DNA of 64,000 bases from positions 548,632-612,631 of the forward strand of contig CBDFHD010000002.1 of NCBI GenBank assembly GCA_965247285.1. The letters are read 5' to 3'. Under the pieces are notes generated by a model. The model was not told the DNA's origin, did not search any database, and saw only the letters and a program-made list of their open reading frames with translations. This document shows positions 41,663-50,220 of this stretch, piece after piece. The translations under genes were made by a program, and so were the position numbers. Position 1 is the stretch's first letter; each line of letters opens with the position of its first letter. The stretch comes from Candidatus Poribacteria bacterium (GTDB taxonomy: Bacteria > Poribacteria > WGA-4E > WGA-3G).

Positions 41663-42463
41663 TCACGGCTTGGTATTGGTATTAACAGGCGATTCGTCGT
41701 TGCTAAGGAACCGCTCAATCGTGTTTCTCGTTGCCGGACGAGTACGGAAATCCGCAACCCATGGTTCACGGAAGTACGCTTGCTTTTCACGCGGTAAAGC
41801 GGACAGAACTTCAGGCGGAATCGGTAGACGGTGCCAATGTGTTGCGAGATGCGCGTAGGCGTTTAGCACTGCCACACGCGGTGTCTCCCGTTGCCACACG
41901 GGACCGGCGTGGCACAGGTTCTCCGTGAAGAAGATTGCACTGCCAGCGGGGCATTCATAGGTCATCAGGAACGGGCTCCGCTTCCCCTCCTCTAACGACA
42001 TGTGGTCAGGATGCATTGGGAAGTTAGATTTGTGACTACCGACTATAAAATGCGTCGCACCATCCTTTTTGGAAATATCTGTCAATTCAAAGACGACGCG
42101 CACCATTCCAGCGTGGATCTGTTCGTTGTTGACGCGATACCCGAAGATCGGATCTGCCTGTTTCGGTCCACCACCGTGGAGTTCACCGTGCCTCTGCCCT
42201 TTTTCGCGCCAGGCAGAGTAGCAGTGCTCTAACCGGATCTCAGGTCCGATAATTTCATGTAGGACATCCAGAACTTTGGGGTGATCAATCAGGACGCTCG
42301 CGGGACCGCCCGGTACGGCACGGTGTTCCGGCGGTAAGGATTCTTTGTTGTGATGTATCCGGTCGATCTGATTAACGATTGCATCTACTTCGTTGCGTTC
42401 AAGGATCGCGGGACGAACGAGGAATCCGGTTAAGTCGAATCGAAATTTTTCTTCATCAGTCAT
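41663..42463 (-). CDS. phytanoyl-CoA dioxygenase (PhyH) family Fe(II)/2OG oxygenase
   Basis: HTDxxxxxxH...H-type ligand pattern, about 266 aa. Confidence 0.6.
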   Translation of the reverse strand: MTDEEKFRFDLTGFLVRPAILERNEVDAIVNQIDRIHHNKESLPPEHRAVPGGPASVLIDHPKVLDVLHEIIGPEIRLEHCYSAWREKGQRHGELHGGGPKQADPIFGYRVNNEQIHAGMVRVVFELTDISKKDGATHFIVGSHKSNFPMHPDHMSLEEGKRSPFLMTYECPAGSAIFFTENLCHAGPVWQRETPRVAVLNAYAHLATHWHRLPIPPEVLSALPREKQAYFREPWVADFRTRPATRNTIERFLSNDESPVNTNTKP

Positions 42464-42538
42464 AGGTTGATAGCTCCTATGTTAGTTTTGTGGTAAAGCA
42501 TAAAATACGTAGATATTTAAAGTCTAATAATTAGAAAA

Positions 42539-43894
42539 TTATGCCCAACGGGGATTTCTTCCACCAAACCGCTGTTCACTGATATTCCACAACTCTGATA
42601 AGCCGAGTTGCCGAATGTGCTCCAGTCCGGGTAGACACGGATCGTTTATCCGAGTTAACCAGCGTTGGAGTTCCGCTTCAAGTTCTGCACGAAGGTCTTG
42701 TGAATCTTCGTCGTCAATGAGATTGTTCAACTGAAACGGATCGTTGTCGTTGTCGTAAAGCAGCCAACCTGTTCCGTCATAGTGGCGTGCGTACGTATAA
42801 CGATGTGTTCGGACACCGCGCCACTCACGAATACCGAAGTTAAAACCTTCACTTCCGTGCAGTGGGACTTCAAGCAGTACGGATTGTGGTTCGTCAATTG
42901 TGTTACCGAGCATCGCTTCTGAGAGATCGATACCTTCCACACCCTCTGGGATCGGCAAATCGCACAGCGATAGCATTGACGGCATAAAATCCACGAGGCT
43001 TAGCAGAGAGTCGCGGGTAACACCGGCTGGAATTCTGCGGGGCCAACGAATCATGAAAGGAATACGACTGGATTCGTCCCACGGACGTTCTTTTCTGACG
43101 TGTCCGTGGCTACCGAGCATATCACCGTGGTCAGACGTGTAGACAAGGATAGTATCGTCAGCGATACCGATTTCGTCGAGTGCACGCATCAAACGTCCGA
43201 GATTTTCATCCAGAGCCGTGATATGCGCGTAGTATCCGGAGAGATCCTCTCGTGTCGCGGGTGTGTCTACAGCATTCGGACGTAATTGAATCTCTTCTGG
43301 CGGATACATCGCTTTGTAGCGTTCTGGGACGTGTTCATACGGGTTGTGTGGCGGTCCCCAGCTCATATAGAAGCAGAAGGGTTCATCGGCATGATCGCGG
43401 CAGTATTCAATGGCTTTATCGGTCTGGAACTCTGGTTCATAGCCGTCAATCTGGAATTGATTTCCGTCAGAGTCGTGATACGGGGCATTGAAGTAATCGT
43501 GGTGGCAATTCCACCCGATCCAATCATCAAAACCGAACCGCATCTCAGGGGTAATGAATTTGTCTCTGGGCATACCGCCGAGGTGCCATTTCCCGATGTA
43601 ACCGGTGGCATAGCCTGATTCTTTGAAAATCTCGGCGATGCCGGTTTCGGTCAGAGGGAGCGGTAGATCGTTGGAGACGGCTTTGTGGTTCAACGGATAT
43701 TTGCCTGTCATCAGGCATCCACGCGCCGGCACACATATCGGGACGTTAGTGAAGGTATTGGGAAAAAACATCCCTTCCTGTGCGAGTTGATCCATCACTG
43801 GAGTCTGCACTTGCGGGTTGCCTGCGCATCCGACATCACATTGGCGATGCTGGTCGCCGAAAACGAAGATTAAATTGGGTTTACGGGTTGACAT
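42539..43894 (-). CDS. sulfatase (formylglycine-dependent arylsulfatase family)
   Basis: Formylglycine motif CVPARGCLMTGKY (C-x-P-x-R), N-terminal PNLIFVFGDQHR, GKWHLG motif. Conserved leader ...CAGGAGCAATCAATTAAAAA-ATG upstream. Confidence 0.85.
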   Translation of the reverse strand: MSTRKPNLIFVFGDQHRQCDVGCAGNPQVQTPVMDQLAQEGMFFPNTFTNVPICVPARGCLMTGKYPLNHKAVSNDLPLPLTETGIAEIFKESGYATGYIGKWHLGGMPRDKFITPEMRFGFDDWIGWNCHHDYFNAPYHDSDGNQFQIDGYEPEFQTDKAIEYCRDHADEPFCFYMSWGPPHNPYEHVPERYKAMYPPEEIQLRPNAVDTPATREDLSGYYAHITALDENLGRLMRALDEIGIADDTILVYTSDHGDMLGSHGHVRKERPWDESSRIPFMIRWPRRIPAGVTRDSLLSLVDFMPSMLSLCDLPIPEGVEGIDLSEAMLGNTIDEPQSVLLEVPLHGSEGFNFGIREWRGVRTHRYTYARHYDGTGWLLYDNDNDPFQLNNLIDDEDSQDLRAELEAELQRWLTRINDPCLPGLEHIRQLGLSELWNISEQRFGGRNPRWA

Positions 43895-43945
43895 TTTTTA
43901 ATTGATTGCTCCTGGACTGCTCTCCATTTCATTACGAGCAGGTTT
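43895..43945 (-). repeat. short leader-family element (CTGCTC-GTAATGAAATGGA-GAGCAG hairpin plus AGGAGCAATCAATTAAAAA) directly 5' of the sulfatase ATG
   Basis: Read from the minus strand; covarying stem relative to copy 47410..47457. Confidence 0.6.
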
Positions 43946-43987
43946 TTGGTTAAACCGCAACGAATTTGCGAACTTGTACACGAACAC

Positions 43988-44077
43988 GAAGCCTGCAACA
44001 ACGGCGCAGGCGGCTCTACATAGAAGCACGTGAAGTCCCCAAACCGCGACACTTAACCGCAAGGTAAAATTAAAAAA
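43988..44077 (+). repeat. leader-family element copy (GCCTGCAACAACGGCGCAGGC ... CTTAACCGCAAGGTAAAATTAAAAAAA)
   Basis: About 80 percent identical to copy 26892..26980. Its A-tract provides the ...FF-stop end of the minus-strand FemAB-like gene. Confidence 0.6.
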
Positions 44078-45107
44078 ACTGCATCCATGTATAAATTTGG
44101 CGAAGTGCGCCCTCACTCTTTGTCCACAATGCTCTTTTCAGCGGTGAAATTACCTTTGTGTAACTGGCGAAATCTGTTCTTATGGCGCGATACTGTTCCT
44201 TATGCGCAATTAACCCTGTGTTCTCTGATGGCGATGCGCCGAAATCTACCCATTCGTATTGTTCACGACACGCCCGTGCGATGATGTGGTGGAAAATCGC
44301 GTTGTTAGGTCGATATTTCAAGAATGCTGGCACAGATGCTTCACACCACAACGTTACGGTCTTATTGAAGCGTAGATAGAGCAATCCTGCGATAACAGTG
44401 CCACGGTATGTAGCGATAGCAAGTTTGGCGATTTTCCGCTGCAGGAGTGTCTGCATAAGTGCCTGCGGTTTCGGCGTGCCACCTAACCGTTTTACTGTCA
44501 TGAGATACATGTCGTAAAAGGTGGATAAAGCCTCTTCACTGTCTGTGTCCGTGACTGTCACACCCGATTTCTCTGCCTTCCTGATCGCGCCCCGTACCCG
44601 TTTGTTATAGGCGTGCCAGAGGGATTCAACATCTCCGTTCGTTTTCAGAAAATGCGTGAAGTGATCTGTGCGTTTGTAGCCCATTTCAACGAATAGATCG
44701 CCGTAAGTCACCATTTGCTTAGGTGTCAGTGTCCAACGAATTTCACACCATCCCTTTGCTGCTGCTGCGGATTCGATGGATGTTATCAGTGATTCAGGGT
44801 TTATTTGCACTGATTCGATGAGGTGTACACCTCCAAATAAGTTCCACGGCATTGAATGCCATAGACGGATGCCCGGTATCGGTTGAAAGACGAAGGCGGG
44901 CAGCCCTCCTATCACTGAGTCATCTTGATTGATGAGTAGGTAAGTCGGGCGTAGGGGTTGGGTAACCCAACCCCTACCAAACGCGCCCGCTAATGCATCT
45001 CGCCACGCGAGACTTTGGAAAGCAGTCGTATCTGGAGATTGCCGAAGAATGGCATCCCATTTATCCTGATTTTGAGGGGTCAAAGAATCTAAGGTGTACA
45101 CATGCAC
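44070..45107 (-). CDS. FemAB-like / GNAT-fold acyltransferase (Acetyltransf_6-type)
   Basis: About 345 aa with the duplicated-GNAT FemAB-like pattern; assignment by recollection. Confidence 0.5.
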   Translation of the reverse strand: MHVYTLDSLTPQNQDKWDAILRQSPDTTAFQSLAWRDALAGAFGRGWVTQPLRPTYLLINQDDSVIGGLPAFVFQPIPGIRLWHSMPWNLFGGVHLIESVQINPESLITSIESAAAAKGWCEIRWTLTPKQMVTYGDLFVEMGYKRTDHFTHFLKTNGDVESLWHAYNKRVRGAIRKAEKSGVTVTDTDSEEALSTFYDMYLMTVKRLGGTPKPQALMQTLLQRKIAKLAIATYRGTVIAGLLYLRFNKTVTLWCEASVPAFLKYRPNNAIFHHIIARACREQYEWVDFGASPSENTGLIAHKEQYRAIRTDFASYTKVISPLKRALWTKSEGALRQIYTWMQFF

Positions 45108-45147
45108 ATCTTGTAGGAGCGAGCTCCAGCTCGCGATTCCTATAGAG

Positions 45148-46086
45148 TTATGCCGCCAGTGCCGCGAACAGTGCCTTGATGTAGCCGACGGAGTAAGCTA
45201 ACCCAACATTGCCTTCTAATTTCGGGATGTGATCGGCGTTGATACATCCGTCAAATCCGACCTTTTGTAATTCTCGGACGATTTTGAAAGCGTTCATATC
45301 ACCATCGTCAAGGAGGACTTCCTCAAACGCTCCTGCTGTTGCAAGGCTACCGCGGACGTTCCGTAGATGAACCATGAAGATACGCCCTTTACGTCCGTAG
45401 TTGTTGATTTCATCAAGAACGATCGCACTACCACCAGCTTCCGCCCGAGTGCCACAACAATAGAGATAGCCAACGTTTCTGCTGGGGAAGGTATCCGTGA
45501 CACGGTGGAAGCCGAGACTGCCGAGGGGTGTGTCCGGGTTCGGCACATCTGACGGATGGACAGCGAGTTTTATGTCGTATTCATCGGCGATAGGTACGAG
45601 TGCTCCGTAAACTTCGGTAAAACGTTTCCACCATTCGTCGAGGGTTTCCATCGTCGGTGTAGCTGGTGGATTTTCGGTTGCGGCACGGCTTTCGCCACGG
45701 GAGGTATAACCGCCCCTATGTACGGATGAATAACGCGTCATTAGATAGTCAAACGTATCGCCCCAAAATCTCTGGCGTGCAATCGGGACACCTGCTTCGG
45801 CGAAGACTCGGAGGGCATGACACGTATTTTCCAGCTCCTTTTCGCCATCAGGCTGCCCTTGCATAAACTTTTCTGTAATGTTCGGGAGCGTCACACGGTT
45901 GATGTCAAGTCCCCAGGAACGGATCCGTTTCTTGATTTTCAACAATTCGTCTAAGTCCGGGTAACCCTGTTCTTCAACTCCAGGAAAGGCATTACCGCCT
46001 CCAAAGTCGATACAGTCTGCACCGAGTTGTGTAACCTGTTTGAGATAGCTATCAGAAAGTCCGCCATCCCAGACTGAAATTTTCAT
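45148..46086 (-). CDS. xylose-isomerase-like TIM-barrel protein, mannonate dehydratase (UxuA)-like
   Basis: Start moved to ATG 46086 (MKISVWDGG...), which has the conserved leader AAGGAAAATTAAAAAG upstream. Confidence 0.45.
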   Translation of the reverse strand: MKISVWDGGLSDSYLKQVTQLGADCIDFGGGNAFPGVEEQGYPDLDELLKIKKRIRSWGLDINRVTLPNITEKFMQGQPDGEKELENTCHALRVFAEAGVPIARQRFWGDTFDYLMTRYSSVHRGGYTSRGESRAATENPPATPTMETLDEWWKRFTEVYGALVPIADEYDIKLAVHPSDVPNPDTPLGSLGFHRVTDTFPSRNVGYLYCCGTRAEAGGSAIVLDEINNYGRKGRIFMVHLRNVRGSLATAGAFEEVLLDDGDMNAFKIVRELQKVGFDGCINADHIPKLEGNVGLAYSVGYIKALFAALAA

Positions 46087-46164
46087 CTTTTTAATTTTCC
46101 TTATGGAAGTGTTAAGAATAGACAACACAGAGAGGATAGGTATTTTTTATAAATCAAAAAACCA

Positions 46165-46250
46165 AACCTGTAATGTAATGGAAGGTGACCTTTAAGAAAG
46201 GCACGTCCCTCTCCAAACTCCCGTTATCTCTCCGCAAGGTATAATTAAAG
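46165..46250 (+). repeat. leader-family element copy (ACCT-GTAATGTAATGGA-AGGT hairpin ... CCGCAAGGTATAATTAAAG)
   Basis: Read from sequence; paired with an opposite-orientation partial copy about 50 bp downstream. Confidence 0.55.
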
Positions 46251-46295
46251 CAGTTCGATGGACGTGCTTAGGAAATTGACATGCCTTTCCATAGA

Positions 46296-46362
46296 GTCGT
46301 CCTCCATTACATTTCGGACTTGCGATCTTTAGTTAATTTTCTAATTTTCCTTGCGGTTTGGT
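46296..46362 (-). repeat. leader-family element, rearranged or opposite-orientation copy (GTCC-GAAATGTAATGGA-GGAC hairpin; CCGCAAGGAAAATTAGAAAATT)
   Basis: Read from the minus strand. Confidence 0.5.
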
Positions 46363-46401
46363 AAAGTAGGTTAGAGCATTGACATTTATCTCCATTTACC
46401 A

Positions 46402-47409
46402 TTAAAGGGGTAACGGAACGGATTGCCCGCTCTCAACAGATTGGTACGCGGCTAATGCGATTTCGGCGGCGGCGCGACCGTCTAAGCCTGTAATGGGGGG
46501 AGACGTGTCGTTACGGATTGCGTCTACGAAGACACGAATCTCTTCTTGAACCGGTGACGGCACCTTTATATCTGCTACTTTAATCTGCCGCCCTTCACCC
46601 TCAAAAGGTTTAATCTGGATGGCTGCATCGCCGCCCCAGATCTGTGGAAAATAGATGGAGCCGCCTTCACAATCGACGCGTCCGCCATACCCACCAGCAG
46701 CGGAGACATGGCTGGAGTGGAGCAAGCCAACTGCTCCGTTTGCAAACTGTAAGGAAGCAAGCACAACATCTGGATAGTCGCTCTTATCTGGTCCGTATTG
46801 TCCGCCGGCGGCATAGACAGCAGTGACATCTCCACAGGTCCAGCGCATAAAGTCAATTTCATGGGCATTGATTTCCATGAGACTCCCACCAGACTTCGCA
46901 CGTTCCAGTCGCCACGGCGTGTGACTGTACCCGCTACGCCACGGTCCGCCGATGCGATGCACCATCATACAGGCGGGTGCCCCGAGTTCACCACTCTGCA
47001 CAATTTCGCGAACAACGGAATGCGTGCCGTGGTAACGACATACCAAACCGATCGTAAGTTTGACACCATTTTCATCTGCGGCGGCAATCATCGCGTCGCA
47101 GGCATCCAATGTAGGTGCCATCGGCTTTTCGGAAAAGACGTGTTTGCCTGCGTTCGCGGCATCAACTGCCATCTGTGAGTGCATAAACGGTGGGGACGCG
47201 ATTAGGACCGCACGAATCCGATCATCGGCGAGTAATTCGTGGTAATCCAGTGTATAGGACGTACCGAGGTCTGTGGCAAGTTTTTCAGCCAGTGCTTCTT
47301 GCACATCACTAACAGAGATAACTTCTATTCCGTCAACGGCGTGTGCGCTGGTGGCAAGGCTTCTGCCCATGCCGCCGCATCCGATAAGGCCAACTCCAAT
47401 CGTTTCCAT
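46402..47409 (-). CDS. Gfo/Idh/MocA family oxidoreductase
   Basis: METIGVGLIGCGGMGRS Rossmann motif; EKPMA motif; conserved leader upstream. Confidence 0.85.
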   Translation of the reverse strand: METIGVGLIGCGGMGRSLATSAHAVDGIEVISVSDVQEALAEKLATDLGTSYTLDYHELLADDRIRAVLIASPPFMHSQMAVDAANAGKHVFSEKPMAPTLDACDAMIAAADENGVKLTIGLVCRYHGTHSVVREIVQSGELGAPACMMVHRIGGPWRSGYSHTPWRLERAKSGGSLMEINAHEIDFMRWTCGDVTAVYAAGGQYGPDKSDYPDVVLASLQFANGAVGLLHSSHVSAAGGYGGRVDCEGGSIYFPQIWGGDAAIQIKPFEGEGRQIKVADIKVPSPVQEEIRVFVDAIRNDTSPPITGLDGRAAAEIALAAYQSVESGQSVPLPL

Positions 47410-47457
47410 TTTTAATTTATCGCTCCTCGGCTGCCCTCCATTTCATTACGGGCAGGT
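47410..47457 (-). repeat. short leader-family element (CTGCCC-GTAATGAAATGGA-GGGCAG hairpin plus AGGAGCGATAAATTAAAA) directly 5' of the Gfo/Idh/MocA ATG
   Basis: Stem covaries with 43895..43945 (CTGCTC/GAGCAG versus CTGCCC/GGGCAG). Confidence 0.6.
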
Positions 47458-47569
47458 TTTCGTCCTTCCTCTCCTGCTTTTTTAAAATTGAGCAGTTCAA
47501 AAACAACTGCATCCAAAACACTAAGCCTGAAACGAAGTGGAAGGGTTTTTGCTTGGGTGTTTCTTCAAC

Positions 47570-47630
47570 GCTATACAGAGGCACGTGAATGCCTAACCAA
47601 CGTTACTTAACCTCAAGGTAAATTAGAAAA
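47570..47630 (+). repeat. leader-family element copy (GGCACGTGAATG ... CTTAACCTCAAGGTAAATTAGAAAATT)
   Basis: Abuts or overlaps the stop of the minus-strand LamG gene. Confidence 0.5.
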
Positions 47631-48530
47631 TTATCTCCGTCTGGCTTTGATATGTCCCCATGTAACGCTCAGGTGGCTTGCAGAAGGACTGACATCAAGC
47701 CCTGTGGCTTCCATGTTGTTCTGGACTTCTGCTGCACTTAGAACGCGATCGTAAATTCGGAATTCGTCGATATATCCCTGAATTGTATCGCAATCGCATC
47801 CATCTGACCGATCCCCGATGCCGAGGAGGAGCCCTCCCTTTGGGATTTTACCGCCCTTCATGGCATACTTTTTTTCGAGTTTTCCATTCACATAGTAGTG
47901 AACCATGTTGCCATCGTAGGTGCCGGTGAGGTGCAGCCACTCTTCAAGTGGAATATCCTCCAGTACATTGTCTTGTGCTGCCACCGTTGATTGACCACCC
48001 GCTCTAATGAAGAAACCGTGCTGGTTATCGTCATCATCGTAATAGAGGCTTACGACTGCGCTGTTCGTTGGCATATCGTCAAGTGAGATAATCCGGTTCC
48101 AACTGTCATCCAAGGCGTTAATATAGACCCAACATTCCAGGGTGATTTCCTCCCAATCACGGTCGATTTTGGGTGGGTTTGAATCTTCAACGAGAAAGCG
48201 GTCAACACTGCCATCAAAAAGAATGCACTCACCGACTTTACAATCGGAGGCGGGTGCGAGTTCGGGATCCCCGTGGACAGCTGCCGCGAGTCCTGACAAG
48301 AGATCTACCGCCTCAGTTTTAATTTTTACTGTGTCTTTGTCGAAGGTCCAATAGGCGACTAAGCCATTTTCAACCGCTCCGATGATTGCCTCGGTGGGTT
48401 GCGCGTTCCATGCAAGGAACGCGATAAGGAGAAGGGCGAATGCGCGTTTGGCATTCGCAAAGACTGTAAAGAACCGTGAATTTTCCACAAAATATCTGCT
48501 CTGAAAACGGGTGCCGTTCTGTAGACGCAT
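47631..48530 (-). CDS. secreted LamG-like jellyroll protein
   Basis: Laminin_G_3-like pattern; C-terminus ...SASHLSVTWGHIKARRR carries the family motif. Confidence 0.7.
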   Translation of the reverse strand: MRLQNGTRFQSRYFVENSRFFTVFANAKRAFALLLIAFLAWNAQPTEAIIGAVENGLVAYWTFDKDTVKIKTEAVDLLSGLAAAVHGDPELAPASDCKVGECILFDGSVDRFLVEDSNPPKIDRDWEEITLECWVYINALDDSWNRIISLDDMPTNSAVVSLYYDDDDNQHGFFIRAGGQSTVAAQDNVLEDIPLEEWLHLTGTYDGNMVHYYVNGKLEKKYAMKGGKIPKGGLLLGIGDRSDGCDCDTIQGYIDEFRIYDRVLSAAEVQNNMEATGLDVSPSASHLSVTWGHIKARRR

Positions 48531-48595
48531 GATTCATTTCCTCCTTCAGAATAGCGGTCAGCAAAGAAAAAAGGGATTTGAACGTTCAATCCGTC

Positions 48596-48660
48596 TTAAC
48601 TTTAACCATCAACTCGACTCCGATATAAGACAACAAAGCACGAGTTGATGGTTAAGTCTG
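48596..48660. repeat. inverted repeat with 15-bp stem TTAACCATCAACTCG ... CGAGTTGATGGTTAA (partial second copy at 27843..27884)
   Basis: Read from sequence; both copies are intergenic. Confidence 0.5.
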
Positions 48661-48681
48661 ATAGCCGACAGCTGAAAGCCA

Positions 48682-50076
48682 TTAAAACGTGTCACGCATG
48701 GCGCGTCTTCGTTGATCCGCGATTTGGCGTTCACGTTCCGCATCAGACTGCTGACCATGGGGTCCAGCACTGAGCGGACGGTATTCGGAGACCTCACTCT
48801 TCCGTTTGAATACTCGGAAGAAATCGAAACGGGTTAAGGTTGGCGGAATATTCCCCGGACACAGCGAATGTAGTCCAACATGTACCGACTTTCCCATGCC
48901 AACATTCGTTTGTCCACAGCTTTTCCACTGAATGCTATCGCTACTGGCGAAAGCCGAGAACTGGTTCCCTCTGCGTTCCATACGTAAGAAAAGTTCACGT
49001 ACATCTCTGAGTCCACTGCCGCGTCCACGTAAGTTAAATGAACGTCCGACGTGGCGTTCAAAACGGACATCACCTCTGAATGCGTGTGGTCCCGAGGTTT
49101 TCTCAAGTCTGAGGAATTGATTGGGATTTTTCCATACCAATAAGCCACCGTGTTCTTTCAGTTCTGGCGAGATTCGCATGCGAGTTTCAATAGCGAAGTC
49201 TCCAACGACTTCCATGAGGAGACGTGGTGCACTCATATCGCCGCTTCTACCGTCCGGACCGTGCCAAAGGTCTTGCCCGGGTTCAGTCTTCATTTCTAAG
49301 TAGCCTTGGCGTTCTGCCCAGGAACCGCCGCCTTTCGGGTCGTCCCATCGCCATTCCGGACGCATACGGTTTCCGATGAACTCATCTTCAAATACCATCT
49401 CTGTGAACTCGCCGGAAGATGCCCATCCTTCAATCTTCACAGCGGAGATAGAATCCCCGAAGTTTTGAGGGAGTAAATGGAGGTTCGGCAACTCCTTCTT
49501 ATATTCCGACGGTTCCATACGGATGGGTAGGGGCATGCCCTCAAAGTCAGGGTGTTCGTAAAAGACGACCTCCGCTCCGTGTGGCGGGAAATCCGGTCCT
49601 TTGGAAATACGGATTGACGAAATCCGGTCTTCAAACCAAGTTCCGCCTTGGGCATCCCGCAGGTTGGCGATGTCGCGCAGGATAGTGATTTTTCTGCCGC
49701 GGAATTCGACGTGTTCGTAGCAATCCACAATCAGGGGGATAGTGCCCCATTCTGGTCCAACCACTTCCAGTGTGGAACCGAAGTTGATTGATGAGATTCT
49801 GTCGGCGAAGTTGTAAGAGGTATCGTGCAGGTTCGGATAAAATCCGGGACCGAGTGCTAATTTTTGACCGTGGAAGTTACCGTGCTGATAAAAGATGACT
49901 TTATAGTTCGGATTCGACGAGAAGTTTGGTCCCTTATACACACGGACAGAAGATATATTGTCTTGAAATCCGATGGTTTGCGTCTGCTGAACAGGCTCCA
50001 CAACATATCCCATTCTGCCCCGGAAGTTTGTGTGTTGGAACACCTCAACAACAAGGCGGGGTATGACGATTGGCAT
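48682..50076 (-). CDS. beta/gamma-crystallin-like repeats plus concanavalin-like (DUF1349/DUF1080-type) domain protein
   Basis: Two crystallin-like Greek-key repeats (YKVIFYQHGNFHGQKLALGPGFY..., VVFYEHPDFEGMPLPI...), then WRWDDPKGGGSWAERQGYLEMKTEPGQDLWHG..APRLLMEV..DFAIETRM. Confidence 0.4.
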   Translation of the reverse strand: MPIVIPRLVVEVFQHTNFRGRMGYVVEPVQQTQTIGFQDNISSVRVYKGPNFSSNPNYKVIFYQHGNFHGQKLALGPGFYPNLHDTSYNFADRISSINFGSTLEVVGPEWGTIPLIVDCYEHVEFRGRKITILRDIANLRDAQGGTWFEDRISSIRISKGPDFPPHGAEVVFYEHPDFEGMPLPIRMEPSEYKKELPNLHLLPQNFGDSISAVKIEGWASSGEFTEMVFEDEFIGNRMRPEWRWDDPKGGGSWAERQGYLEMKTEPGQDLWHGPDGRSGDMSAPRLLMEVVGDFAIETRMRISPELKEHGGLLVWKNPNQFLRLEKTSGPHAFRGDVRFERHVGRSFNLRGRGSGLRDVRELFLRMERRGNQFSAFASSDSIQWKSCGQTNVGMGKSVHVGLHSLCPGNIPPTLTRFDFFRVFKRKSEVSEYRPLSAGPHGQQSDAERERQIADQRRRAMRDTF

Positions 50077-50220
50077 TTTCTTCTCCTTTTATGGAAATTA
50101 TACCAATGATGGCATAATTTGCCTTTACTTTACATTCTTGTAAGCATTGCCTACGTATTCTTTGTGTGTTTTCCGTTGCAACGTGGGAAACCAAAATCAG
50201 TTTCCTATATCTGTTTGTCT

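Noticed and set aside
43870-44116. Small ORFs 43870..44052 and 43898..44116 overlapping the leader-element pair
   Set aside because: They are made up of the conserved repeat elements themselves (e.g. ...MKWRAVQEQSIKK from the hairpin-loop sequence), so they are not credible coding sequences.
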